From the NCBI GenBank assembly GCA_037443945.1, contig JBBINH010000002.1, positions 33,644 through 97,643 on the forward strand: 64,000 nucleotides of DNA. The letters run 5' to 3'. Each line of letters opens with the position of its first letter. The first letter of the stretch is position 1. The position numbers were made by a program, and so were the translations under genes. Below, piece after piece: positions 29,723 to 38,737 of the stretch. The stretch comes from Caldilineales bacterium (GTDB lineage: Bacteria > Chloroflexota > Anaerolineae > J102). A model generated the notes under the pieces. It searched no databases. It was not told the origin of the DNA and saw nothing but the letters and a program-made list of their open reading frames with translations.

Positions 29723-30211
29723 ACAATCGGCGGATGCCGGTTGCCAAAACGAAGGCATCCACAGACAAGGACGGCGGGTTGTACGCCGGTCCGGCAGGGG
29801 CCATGGACAAACCGTTCACCCGTAGGCCGTGTTGGTCGGACAGGGTATTCCGTGTGTTCCCGATGTTACAACCCTCGTGCCCAACTTTTACAGCCGCGCC
29901 GTGGTCGTGGTATCATAATAAAGCTACTATACCCAAGACCTTCAGGGCAGGGTGAGCGTTGATGCCGGTTCTTCCGGTGTTGGCGCAATTCCCGACCGGC
30001 GGTAAGGCAGGCTTGCCTGCCGAGCCCGCGAGCGGCCTCGGCCCATCCTCCTCCCAGGAAAGGGCATAGCGCCGGCGCCATACTCACAAGGCGCCATCGT
30101 GCCGAGGTGTCAGCAGATCCGGTGCAAAGCCGGAGCCGACGGTACAGTCCGGATGGGAGAAGGTCGTGTTCCGCAGGCATCTTGCGCGAGATGCCCGTCT
30201 GCGTTTGCACG

Positions 30212-30246
30212 CGGCGATCAGGCACGACCTGGTCGCCGTTTTTTTT
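30212..30246 (+). terminator. intrinsic terminator/attenuator immediately upstream of the ABC transporter operon
   Basis: GGCGATCAGG-cacgac-CCTGGTCGCC is a 10-bp stem with one G.U pair, followed by GTTTTTTTT. It ends 16 nt before the permease ATG. No + strand gene lies upstream. Confidence 0.6.
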
Positions 30247-30262
30247 GACAACCGGTGAAACG

Positions 30263-31135
30263 ATGCGTCAACAAACCCGACTTTTGAACCCGCTTCCTGC
30301 CGTTGATATTGTGGAAGGGCCACCTCCGGCCCCGGCCATAGACAAGCTGTCTCGGTGGCTGGTTAATGAGCGTCGCCTGCGGATCGGTCGCGCCCTTGTC
30401 GCCGTGGGGACCGTGCTGCTCTTCCTTGTGGTCTGGGAGGGCCTGGTGACCTGGCAGGCCTATCCGAGTTTTATCCTGCCGCGGCCGTTGGAGGTGTGGC
30501 TAAAGTTCCGGTTGATGGTGATGGATGGTAGCCTGGGGCGCCATCTAAGCATCACGTTGGTCGAAATCCTTCTGGGACTGGCGCTGGGATTGGGCACGGC
30601 GGCGGTGTTGGGTTATGTCCTGGCCAAATCGGTGGCGTTGGAGCGATTGCTGGCGCCTTATATCGTGGCGTTGCAGTCGTTTCCGATTATTGCCATTGCC
30701 CCTTTGTTGGTCATCTGGATTCGCGATGGCTTACTGCGCACCGTCCTGATCTGTGCGCTCACGCTCTTTTTCCCGGCATTGGTCAATACCATTGTGGGGC
30801 TGCGCAGCGTGGAACCGGAGCTGTTGGCGTTGATGCGTTCCTTGCGGGCCACCCGCTGGCAGCTTTTCACCCGGTTGGAGGTGCCTGCGGCCTTGCCGGT
30901 GCTCTTCGGGGGGATGAAGGTCGGGACCACCCTGGCCGTGATCGGGGCCGTGATCGGCGAATTCGTGGGCTCCGATCGGGGATTGGGCTTTCTCATCAAT
31001 CTGGCCCGGGGTTTGCTCGATACGCCCATGCTGTTTGTGGCGCTTTTTACGCTTGTGGCTATCGCTTTGGCTTTGTATGGCTTTGTCAGTCTGCTGGAAT
31101 ATCGGCTACTGGCTTGGCGCCGGTTGAGTGGCTAG
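30263..31135 (+). CDS. ABC transporter permease (NitT/TauT family)
   Basis: Six TM segments and an EAA-like loop are present. The start is set at MRQQTRLLNP, with GGTGA upstream. Confidence 0.85.
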   Translation: MRQQTRLLNPLPAVDIVEGPPPAPAIDKLSRWLVNERRLRIGRALVAVGTVLLFLVVWEGLVTWQAYPSFILPRPLEVWLKFRLMVMDGSLGRHLSITLVEILLGLALGLGTAAVLGYVLAKSVALERLLAPYIVALQSFPIIAIAPLLVIWIRDGLLRTVLICALTLFFPALVNTIVGLRSVEPELLALMRSLRATRWQLFTRLEVPAALPVLFGGMKVGTTLAVIGAVIGEFVGSDRGLGFLINLARGLLDTPMLFVALFTLVAIALALYGFVSLLEYRLLAWRRLSG

Positions 31136-31174
31136 TTCCCGGATTATCACGCTCAAATCTCCAGGAGGTTATTC

Positions 31175-32182
31175 ATGCATCGGTTGTTCTTTGTCGTGCT
31201 CAGCCTTTCCCTGCTCGTTGCCGGTTGTGCGGCGCCGGCCTTACCGGCGGCGCCGGCGGCTACACCCACGCCTACGGCCGTCAAACTGGGGTTGGGTTAC
31301 ATTCCCAGCGTTCAGTTTGCGCCCTTTTATGTGGCTATCGAGAAGGGTTATTTCGCCCGCGAGGGCATCAACGTCGAGTTGGAGCACGGGTTTGAAACGG
31401 ATTTTCTCAAGCTGCTCGGCACGCATGAGCGTCAGTTCATCATCGCCAGCGGCGAACAGACGATTATCGGCCGCAGCCAGGGCTTGCCTGTAACGTATGT
31501 GGCGGCCTGGTATCGGCGGTTTCCGGTCGTGCTTTTTGCACCGGCGGATAAGGGCATCGCCGCGCCTGCGGACCTGGCCGGCAAACGGGTTGGGATTCCC
31601 GGTTTGTTCGGTGCCAGCTATGTGGCCTGGAAAGCCCTGGTCCTGGCGGCCGGCGTACCGGAGGACCGGGTGACGTTGGAGAGCATCGGCTTCACGCAGG
31701 CAGCCGCCGTCAGCGAGGGCTTGGTCGATGCCGCTCTGGATTACACGGTAAACGGACCGGTGCAGTTGCGGCTGGCCGGTCGCAAGGTAGTCGAGATCGC
31801 CGTCGATGATTACATGGCGATTCCCTCGAACGGCCTGGTGACCAACGAAGCCACCATCGCCGCTCAACCAGAGCTGGTCGAGGGCATGGTGCGGGCCATC
31901 CTCTCCGGGATTCGCTACACCCTTGATCATCCGGACGAGGCCTTTGCTATCAGCCTCAAGTTCGTCCCCGAAGCGGCTCAACAAGAGGCGGTCAATCGCG
32001 CCATTTTCGATGCCTCGTTGGCCCTGTGGCAACCGGGCGAGGGCGAGCGGCTGGGGTTCACCGACCCGGCTATCTGGCCACCGACGGCAGAATTCATGCT
32101 GCAGGCCGGATTGATCGATCGCCCCGTGGCGACCGACGGCATCTGGACGAATCGCTTTGTCGAGGCGGCTAACGTGCCATGA
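31175..32182 (+). CDS. ABC transporter substrate-binding lipoprotein (NMT1/THI5-like)
   Basis: Lipobox LLVAGC. An NMT1/THI5-like periplasmic binding fold is present. Confidence 0.85.
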   Translation: MHRLFFVVLSLSLLVAGCAAPALPAAPAATPTPTAVKLGLGYIPSVQFAPFYVAIEKGYFAREGINVELEHGFETDFLKLLGTHERQFIIASGEQTIIGRSQGLPVTYVAAWYRRFPVVLFAPADKGIAAPADLAGKRVGIPGLFGASYVAWKALVLAAGVPEDRVTLESIGFTQAAAVSEGLVDAALDYTVNGPVQLRLAGRKVVEIAVDDYMAIPSNGLVTNEATIAAQPELVEGMVRAILSGIRYTLDHPDEAFAISLKFVPEAAQQEAVNRAIFDASLALWQPGEGERLGFTDPAIWPPTAEFMLQAGLIDRPVATDGIWTNRFVEAANVP

Positions 32183-32952
32183 GTCCGCTTTTGGAATTAC
32201 GCCATGTCAGCAAGGCATACGGCGACCCGGCCGATCCGCTCCATGCCCTGCACGATATCTCGTTTCGGGTCGAACGAGGCGAGTTCGTGTGCATGGTCGG
32301 GCCTAGCGGCGGCGGCAAGTCCACGTTGCTCCGCCTGATCGCGGGTTTGCTCCGACCCACGGCTGGTGAGATTTGGCTGGATGGCCGGCCGGTGCGCGAG
32401 CCCAGCCCACGGGTGGGCATCGTTTTTCAAAGCGTCAACCTGATGCCCTGGCGCACCGTGGTGGACAATGTGGCGTTGCCTTTGGAGCTGGCGGGAGTGC
32501 CGCGGCCCCAGCGTCAGAAGGTGGCCCTGGAGCTCCTCGATCTGATGGGATTGGCCGGATTTGCCAGGCGCTATCCCCGCCAGCTTTCCGGCGGCATGCA
32601 GCAGCGGGCGGCCATTGCCCGTACCCTGGCCCAGGACCCGGACTTGCTGCTCCTGGATGAGCCTTTCGGCGCGCTGGATGCCATCACACGCGAGTATCTG
32701 AATCGGGAGCTTTTGCGGATTCATCACCTGCGGAAGCAGACGATTTTCATGGTCACCCATGCGATAGGCGAGGCGGTGTTCCTGGCCGATCGGGTGCTGG
32801 TGTTATCGGCACGGCCGGGCACCCTCCGCTGCGAAATCCCCATCCCCTTGCCCCACCCGCGCGGGGAGGAGACCTTGAGCGATCCGACCTATGTGGCGCT
32901 GACGCAGCAGGTGCGGGCGGCTATCAGGGACAGTCAAGTGTTGGACTTCTGA
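32179..32952 (+). CDS. ABC transporter ATP-binding protein
   Basis: Walker A (GPSGGGKST), the signature LSGGMQQR and Walker B (LLLDEPF) are present. It has an ATGA overlap with the SBP gene. Confidence 0.9.
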   Translation: MSPLLELRHVSKAYGDPADPLHALHDISFRVERGEFVCMVGPSGGGKSTLLRLIAGLLRPTAGEIWLDGRPVREPSPRVGIVFQSVNLMPWRTVVDNVALPLELAGVPRPQRQKVALELLDLMGLAGFARRYPRQLSGGMQQRAAIARTLAQDPDLLLLDEPFGALDAITREYLNRELLRIHHLRKQTIFMVTHAIGEAVFLADRVLVLSARPGTLRCEIPIPLPHPRGEETLSDPTYVALTQQVRAAIRDSQVLDF

Positions 32953-32953
32953 A

Positions 32954-33008
32954 GCGAGGTGGCCGAGCCGCATGTTCGGCCACCTCGCGCAACCGTATCT
33001 GTTTTTGC
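32954..33008 (+). terminator. possible terminator after the ABC operon
   Basis: A 13-bp stem GCGAGGTGGCCGA/TCGGCCACCTCGC is present. The T-tract (TGTTTTTG) is displaced about 13 nt downstream, which is non-canonical. Confidence 0.4.
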
Positions 33009-33246
33009 TCTGGGGATGCCTGTGGTATCATCGCCAAGTTCCGGTGGCTGTCGGCGACGTTAACATTTTGTCATGCGCCTGACCTGAGCCATTCATGCCG
33101 TTTTCACCTCATTCCCCTAGAATGGCACTGCAGTGACGGCCATGGCGTAGCGAGATGGTTGTCTGCCCATGCCCCCGTCTTGCCGGGACGGTCAGCCCCC
33201 GCCGTCGCGGCAATCTTATCTCAAGCTTATGGAGGTACTTTGCATC

Positions 33247-35721
33247 ATGATGAGTAAGAAGGGGTTCCTTCTTCTCAGCACGGCGTTTATTGTCGTGACT
33301 TTGATGGCTTTTGCCGTGGCGGCTGACGAGCCGGTGCTTCCGCCGGTGGAGCCGACCACGGTCGCACCGGCCCAACCCGAAGCAAGTGATTATGCCCCTC
33401 CGCCGGCAGGACAGCCGGGCTTTTATATCGAGAACGGTCGTTTCAACATCTTGCAGCCGGCCCAGGCCTATTATGCGACCGGGTCGTTCGGTTTTTGGGC
33501 CTGGTCTTCCCTCAATCCAGCGCGAGGGAGTTACAACTGGGAGATCCTCGATACCTGGGTGGCCGACAGCATCGCTGCCGGCTATGAAACCGTCGGCATT
33601 GCCCTCAAAACCTATACCGGTCGTTTTGTGGGATGCCAGTTTCAGGGCATCGATATGACCCCGGCCTGGGTGCTGGCCGGTCAGGACGGTATCCGTGGCA
33701 ACGCCGACGATCCTGTCCTGTTGTCAAGTGTGCCGGATCGTCGTGATTGCGATAGGGATGGCAATCCCGATAACGGTCCCTGGTACCTGATCCAGTACAA
33801 CCACCCTTACTACAAAAGCAACTACATTGCCTTCATCAACGCGTTGGCCGACCATTTGTTCAGCGCGCCTTATCGCGACCGGGTGGCCTGGGTGGCCATC
33901 GGCACGGGCAAGGATGGTGAGAACAAACCGGCCGATGATGACGACGATCCCACCTTGCTGGCCAACGGTCTTAGCACCGAGGCCTGGATCTTGCATGTCC
34001 AGGAGATTATCGAGACGTATCGCGCAGCGTTTTACGATGGGTCGGGATTCCCGCGCATTCAACTCGTCTTGCAGAATGCGCCCTTTTATCGCAGCCCCAT
34101 CGAGCGGCGCGACCTGGCCAATTACGCGGCCACGCGGCGGATTGGGCTTTCCATCAACAACATTACGTCCGATTTCAACTCGGTTGAATCATGCGCCAGT
34201 CCCAATTCGAACACGCGTTGCACGGGCATCTACGATCAGGCGCGGCAATACAACAGCATTGCTCCGATCATGCTGGAAAGCTACGCGTACATGATGCCCA
34301 CACCCAACGAGTTTTACTGGTCCATGGCGCGCGCGCTGGATGTCAGGGCCGACTACATCCGCCTTTCCAGTTTCTGGAATACCCAGACCAATCCCGACAA
34401 TTTGACCACGGCCGAATGGGCCAGCCGTTACATCGGGACGGGCTTCGCCGAAGGCCAGCGCCGACCGCCCAGCGTGTGGTCGCGCATGCGAGAGCATAAA
34501 GACCCCTGCTACCTGGGTTACGCCTTCATCAATCCCTGTAACTTCTGGCCGACCAACGGCAACTACGAGTTTTATCTCACCCAGCTCCACCTGCCCCAGT
34601 TCGGCGGTGTGACCATCCCCGTCACCGATGACGATCGCATCCGCATCACCGGCTGGGATCACAGCGAATCGAACGTGGTTGACAAGCGCTGGCACTACAA
34701 CACGAGTCCCTTTGACCAGAAATTGCGCGATGCCGGTCTTTTCGCCCTGACCCCCAGCGGTGTCCAGAATCAGGTCGATCCGGGGTGGGTGGCACGGCGT
34801 AGCGATCAGGCCACGAATAACACCAAGTTCATTTTCGACGCCGCCGATCGCTACTTTGCCCGCTCGCAGCCGCCGGCCGAAAGCACCTTCAAGGTCGTCA
34901 TCACCGTGACCTATCTGGATGTGGGCAACGACCAGTGGTTGCTGGTCTACGATTCGACGACAGGGCCCAGGGCGGCCACGGTGTACGCCATCAACGATTG
35001 GAATGTGCGCCGTGGATTGGCCGTGGACGACTTTTTACCGGTAGATGGCCGTGTCCTGCCTCCGGTCAATTACGTCCAGAAGACCGGAACGAATCGCTGG
35101 AAGGTGGCGACCTTCGTCATCGAGGACGGCAACTTTAACAACCTGGTGCTCAACGAGGCCCGTGCCGACTTTTACATCGAATCCCGCAGTCCCAGCGGCC
35201 AGAAGGACGGCGATGAGTACATCCACCACGTGGATGTGCGCAAGGTGGACGAATTTATCGAAGTAACACCGACGCCGACGCCGACCACGGCGCCGACGGC
35301 CACGCCCACGCCGACGGCCACACCGATGCCGACGGCCACGCCCACGCCTACCGCCACCCCGACGCCCACACCCTCCACCGGCAGCATCGTCGGCAAGGTC
35401 TATTACGATCGCAACCAGAACCGTCAGCCCGATCCCGGCGAGGGTTTGGCCGGCGGTGTGTTGGTCCTGAGCGGTCCTACCCATGCGCAGACCACCTCGG
35501 CGGTAGACGGCTCGTATGGCTTCCATGCCTTGCCGCCCGGTAGCTACGTGCTACGTTCGACGCCGCCGGCAGGCTACAACCGGGCCGATCCCGACACGGT
35601 GGCGCTTTTCGTCCAGGCCAATACCATCTTGACCTGGGACTTTGCCCACGAACCTCTACCGGATACGACGCCTTCGCCTCCCGCAGGCGAGCCCCTCTAT
35701 CTGCCGCTGTTACGGCGTTAG
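33247..35721 (+). CDS. secreted GH42-like TIM-barrel (glycoside-hydrolase-like) protein with Thr/Pro linker and C-terminal SdrD B-like domain; ends in YLPLLRR
   Basis: Signal peptide MMSKKGFLLLSTAFIVVTLMAFAVA. 'WAWSSLNPARGSYNWEILDTWV' resembles the GH42/GH35 N-terminal barrel signature (W..EP..G.Y.W..LD). It is paralogous to the N-terminal ~600 aa of the giant protein. A TPTPTP linker and 'VYYDRNQNRQPDPGE...GSYGF' SdrD-B domain follow. Confidence 0.75.
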   Translation: MMSKKGFLLLSTAFIVVTLMAFAVAADEPVLPPVEPTTVAPAQPEASDYAPPPAGQPGFYIENGRFNILQPAQAYYATGSFGFWAWSSLNPARGSYNWEILDTWVADSIAAGYETVGIALKTYTGRFVGCQFQGIDMTPAWVLAGQDGIRGNADDPVLLSSVPDRRDCDRDGNPDNGPWYLIQYNHPYYKSNYIAFINALADHLFSAPYRDRVAWVAIGTGKDGENKPADDDDDPTLLANGLSTEAWILHVQEIIETYRAAFYDGSGFPRIQLVLQNAPFYRSPIERRDLANYAATRRIGLSINNITSDFNSVESCASPNSNTRCTGIYDQARQYNSIAPIMLESYAYMMPTPNEFYWSMARALDVRADYIRLSSFWNTQTNPDNLTTAEWASRYIGTGFAEGQRRPPSVWSRMREHKDPCYLGYAFINPCNFWPTNGNYEFYLTQLHLPQFGGVTIPVTDDDRIRITGWDHSESNVVDKRWHYNTSPFDQKLRDAGLFALTPSGVQNQVDPGWVARRSDQATNNTKFIFDAADRYFARSQPPAESTFKVVITVTYLDVGNDQWLLVYDSTTGPRAATVYAINDWNVRRGLAVDDFLPVDGRVLPPVNYVQKTGTNRWKVATFVIEDGNFNNLVLNEARADFYIESRSPSGQKDGDEYIHHVDVRKVDEFIEVTPTPTPTTAPTATPTPTATPMPTATPTPTATPTPTPSTGSIVGKVYYDRNQNRQPDPGEGLAGGVLVLSGPTHAQTTSAVDGSYGFHALPPGSYVLRSTPPAGYNRADPDTVALFVQANTILTWDFAHEPLPDTTPSPPAGEPLYLPLLRR
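35266..35375 (+). repeat. Thr/Pro-linker coding low-complexity repeat (ACNCCN)n
   Basis: Reiterated ACG CCG ACS CCS units encode [37 protein letters not shown]. Confidence 0.8.
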
Positions 35722-35774
35722 CCCGGCGGCAAGGCATTGACCACCCGCCTTCATTCTCGTCCGTTCCTGCCCTT

Positions 35775-37085
35775 ATGGTTGGGCAGGAACGGAACGATTC
35801 CGGTTTCCCTGTGCCCGGTTTGTGGCGCTTCGTGTTGCTCCTCGTTAGTTTGGCCATCTGCGGTGGCAGCGTGCTCTTCCTCCCGGTCGCTGCCCATCCG
35901 GCTCGTTCACCGGTTGGCATGGCCGTCTCCACCGAGGCGACACCCATCCCCCGTGTTTATTGTGGGGGTGTCTATCGTGGCGATACGAGCACCGGCACGG
36001 CTCAGATCGATCGCTATGCCTGTCGACCCGATTGGCCCGAAACCGGACCGGAACATTTCTATCGCCTGTCCATCCCGACGACACAATCGCTGACCCTGGT
36101 CCTGAGTCATCCCCCCGGTCTGGATCTGGATGTGTTCTTGCTGGAGCATGAACAGCTCGATCGTTGCCACGCTGCCGATGCCACGCTGGCATTGGCCGCC
36201 TTAGCACCGGGTCCACATCGCATTGTCGTGGATGGTTTTGCCGACAGTCAGGGACCTTATACGCTTGCCGTGCTCTGTGAAGGGCCACCCTTGGCCACAC
36301 CAACCCCGACCGATACGCCGCTGCCGACGGCTACCCCGACGCCGACTCTCGTCCTGACGGCTACGCCGACCCCCACCCGCACGCCCACGCGGCCGCGCCT
36401 CAGCTACGATGCCTTTTTCCCGGCCCAGCGCCGCCGCTATCCCCCGCCTACGCCGCTGCCGACTACCCTTATCCTCCAGCCCGGTCGGCAAGGCTACGAC
36501 GGACTCGCCGATAGCTACCTCAGCGCTTGGGCTATTACCGAGAATTATGCTAATGTAGACCGGCTTGCACTTCGGCAGTCCGACATCATGGCTCCGGTCT
36601 TACGCTTCCGGCTTGATGGTCTGCCTGCCGATGCCCGCATTGTCGAGGCACGTTTGAGCCTGTGGGCCTTAGCCCGCAGTAACGACAACCCGGCCACGGC
36701 CGGCCTCTATCCCCTTCATCGTCCCTGGCAGGTGGATGAAGTCACCTGGCAGCAGGCGGCCAACGGTGTCCCGTGGGCCCAACCCGGCGCCAACGGCGTA
36801 CCCGTCGACCGGGGAGGCGTGCCTCTGGCCGTGCAGACGGTGACGGAGACGGGCCGCTGGTATGAGTGGGACCTGACCCCGCTTGTCCAGGCCTGGGTTG
36901 CCGACCCTACAACCAATCATGGCATGATCCTCAAAGCTCTGGCCATACCCCGCGTGCTCTACACTTTTGCGGCAGCCGAATATCACAACCCGGCTGCCCG
37001 ACCTCGGTTGCTCATCCGTTACTGGACTCCCACCCCATCCCACCAGGCCTCAACCGTGCCGTTTACGCCATCGCCGTCCCCCTGA
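35775..37085 (+). CDS. secreted protein with PPC (pre-peptidase C-terminal)-like domain, TP linker and DNRLRE-like C-terminal domain
   Basis: Hydrophobic N-terminus. 'FYRLSIP...LDLDVFLLEHEQ...GPYTLAV' resembles the PPC domain. The C-terminal 'WYEWDLTPLVQAWVADPTTNHGMIL' matches the DNRLRE-type module also present in the giant protein. Confidence 0.65.
   Translation: MVGQERNDSGFPVPGLWRFVLLLVSLAICGGSVLFLPVAAHPARSPVGMAVSTEATPIPRVYCGGVYRGDTSTGTAQIDRYACRPDWPETGPEHFYRLSIPTTQSLTLVLSHPPGLDLDVFLLEHEQLDRCHAADATLALAALAPGPHRIVVDGFADSQGPYTLAVLCEGPPLATPTPTDTPLPTATPTPTLVLTATPTPTRTPTRPRLSYDAFFPAQRRRYPPPTPLPTTLILQPGRQGYDGLADSYLSAWAITENYANVDRLALRQSDIMAPVLRFRLDGLPADARIVEARLSLWALARSNDNPATAGLYPLHRPWQVDEVTWQQAANGVPWAQPGANGVPVDRGGVPLAVQTVTETGRWYEWDLTPLVQAWVADPTTNHGMILKALAIPRVLYTFAAAEYHNPAARPRLLIRYWTPTPSHQASTVPFTPSPSP
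36295..36395 (+). repeat. Thr/Pro-linker coding low-complexity repeat
   Basis: Encodes [34 protein letters not shown]. Confidence 0.8.
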
Positions 37086-37101
37086 CCAGGAACGAAGCAC
37101 C

Positions 37102-37854
37102 ATGATCATCAGCAAACCTCAGATCCTCGGTTCCAAATTGCGGTCTACTGTGGAGGTTTCTCCTTCCTCAACGACAACCCAGGTTGTTCCCTTTGTCCCA
37201 CCGGCGCCGACGTTGACCGGCTACCGTCTGGCCAAGCGAACCCTGGACGTTGTTGTGGCCTTGTTGGCGCTTATCCTGCTTTCGCCCCTGTTTATCTTGA
37301 TCTGTTTGGCCATCAAACTCGAAGACGGCGGCCCTGCCATTATCAAACAGCGTCGCGTGGGCTTGGGAGGCCGGCCCTTTGCGTTTTACAAGTTCCGCTC
37401 GATGACGTTGGGGGTCGATCATACCCTAGCCCATCGAGCCTTTGCGCAACAGGTTATCCGCGGGGAGATTACCCAGGGGCCTCGTAGCAACGGCGGCGTG
37501 CTCAAACCGACCGGCGATGGTCGTGTGATCACCCGCGTGGGCCGCATTTTGCGCAAGACGAGTCTGGACGAGCTGCCGCAATTGTTCAACGTTCTGATGG
37601 GTACCATGAGTTTGGTGGGGCCGCGGCCCTCGATGGATTACGAGGCCGAAGCTTACTTCGATTGGTATCTGCCCCGGCTGTCGGTTTTGCCCGGGATTAC
37701 GGGGCTGGCTCAGATCAACGGCCGCAGCAGCATCCCCTTCCCCGAAATTGTGCGTTGGGATCTGCGGTATATCGAACAACGCTCGTTCTGGCTCGATCTG
37801 AAAATCTTGCTTAAGACCTTGCCGGTGGTTGTGGGGATGCGGAACACGGGGTGA
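37102..37854 (+). CDS. monotopic polyprenyl-phosphate phosphoglycosyltransferase (bacterial sugar transferase, PglC/WbaP C-terminal-domain type)
   Basis: A single N-terminal membrane helix ([22 protein letters not shown]) is present. 'KFRSM', '[22 protein letters not shown]' and '[12 protein letters not shown]' are hallmark PF02397 motifs. Confidence 0.85.
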   Translation: MIISKPQILGSKLRSTVEVSPSSTTTQVVPFVPPAPTLTGYRLAKRTLDVVVALLALILLSPLFILICLAIKLEDGGPAIIKQRRVGLGGRPFAFYKFRSMTLGVDHTLAHRAFAQQVIRGEITQGPRSNGGVLKPTGDGRVITRVGRILRKTSLDELPQLFNVLMGTMSLVGPRPSMDYEAEAYFDWYLPRLSVLPGITGLAQINGRSSIPFPEIVRWDLRYIEQRSFWLDLKILLKTLPVVVGMRNTG

Positions 37855-37876
37855 AGGGCTTTCTGCGGGTACGGCG

Positions 37877-38629
37877 ATGGCGCTGAACCCGGACGATCTG
37901 GCCTATTTTGCCCGCGGGGCGCGGGCGAACCCGCGTTTCTGGGCCCGATTCGGGGGCATGCCCGATCTGAAGGGAAAACGGGTCCTCGATATCGGCTGCG
38001 GACACGGGAGTTTGTGCGTGGATATGGCCGCGGCCGGCGCCGAGCAGGTCGTGGGGTTGGATCTGAACTGTCGTCTGATTGCCTTTGCCGAGGCCTACGT
38101 CGAACGATTTCGGCCGGAACTGCGGTCGCGGCTGCGATTTGCCTGTCAGGATCTGCGCGACTATCCGCCGATGCTGTTCGACCTTATCGTCTCCAAAGAT
38201 ACGTTTGAGCATGTCCTCGATCTGGAGGGCTTGCTGGCCGAAATCCACCGACGGTTGGTGCCCGGAGGGCGGTTGTATGCCGGCTTCGGACCGCTCTACT
38301 ACAGTCCCTTTGGCGATCACGATGCCGTGCGCCTGGGCGTGCGGTTGCCTTGGGCGCACGTGCTCATGGGCGACCGCCGGGTCATTGCCCATGTCAATCG
38401 GCGACGGCGGGTCCCGATCCAGACGATCCGGGAATTGGGCCTCAATCAGCTTCGCCTGCGCGACTACCGCCGCCTTTTTGCGGCCTGCGGCTTACAGACC
38501 GTAGCCTGGTGGACAAACCGCACCGACCATCCTGTCGGCAAAATGTTGGCCGTGCTCGCCCACGTACCCGGTCTGGCCGATTATATGACCTTCAACGTCT
38601 ACTGCATCCTCCAAAAACGCGGCGCCTGA
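37877..38629 (+). CDS. class I SAM-dependent methyltransferase
   Basis: 'VLDIGCGHGSLCVDMAAAGA' is motif I. An acidic residue after beta2 (GLDLN) and motif II (LIVSKDTFEHV) are present. Confidence 0.75.
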   Translation: MALNPDDLAYFARGARANPRFWARFGGMPDLKGKRVLDIGCGHGSLCVDMAAAGAEQVVGLDLNCRLIAFAEAYVERFRPELRSRLRFACQDLRDYPPMLFDLIVSKDTFEHVLDLEGLLAEIHRRLVPGGRLYAGFGPLYYSPFGDHDAVRLGVRLPWAHVLMGDRRVIAHVNRRRRVPIQTIRELGLNQLRLRDYRRLFAACGLQTVAWWTNRTDHPVGKMLAVLAHVPGLADYMTFNVYCILQKRGA

Positions 38630-38737
38630 GCTTGGTCGTGTCGGCACCGCCGTCGGGAAGCGAGTCCCGGTTGTTTTGCGGCAGGGCTTTGGCTTCGTCC
38701 ATGACCGTGGTCTATAATCCGGTAACCGGCGCCAACG

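Noticed and set aside
30100-30140. Assignment of the ABC-operon leader to the TPP riboswitch class
   Set aside because: Only a partial resemblance to the P4/P5 helix was seen, and the conserved CUGAGA element was not found. I kept it as an unclassified attenuator/riboswitch candidate.
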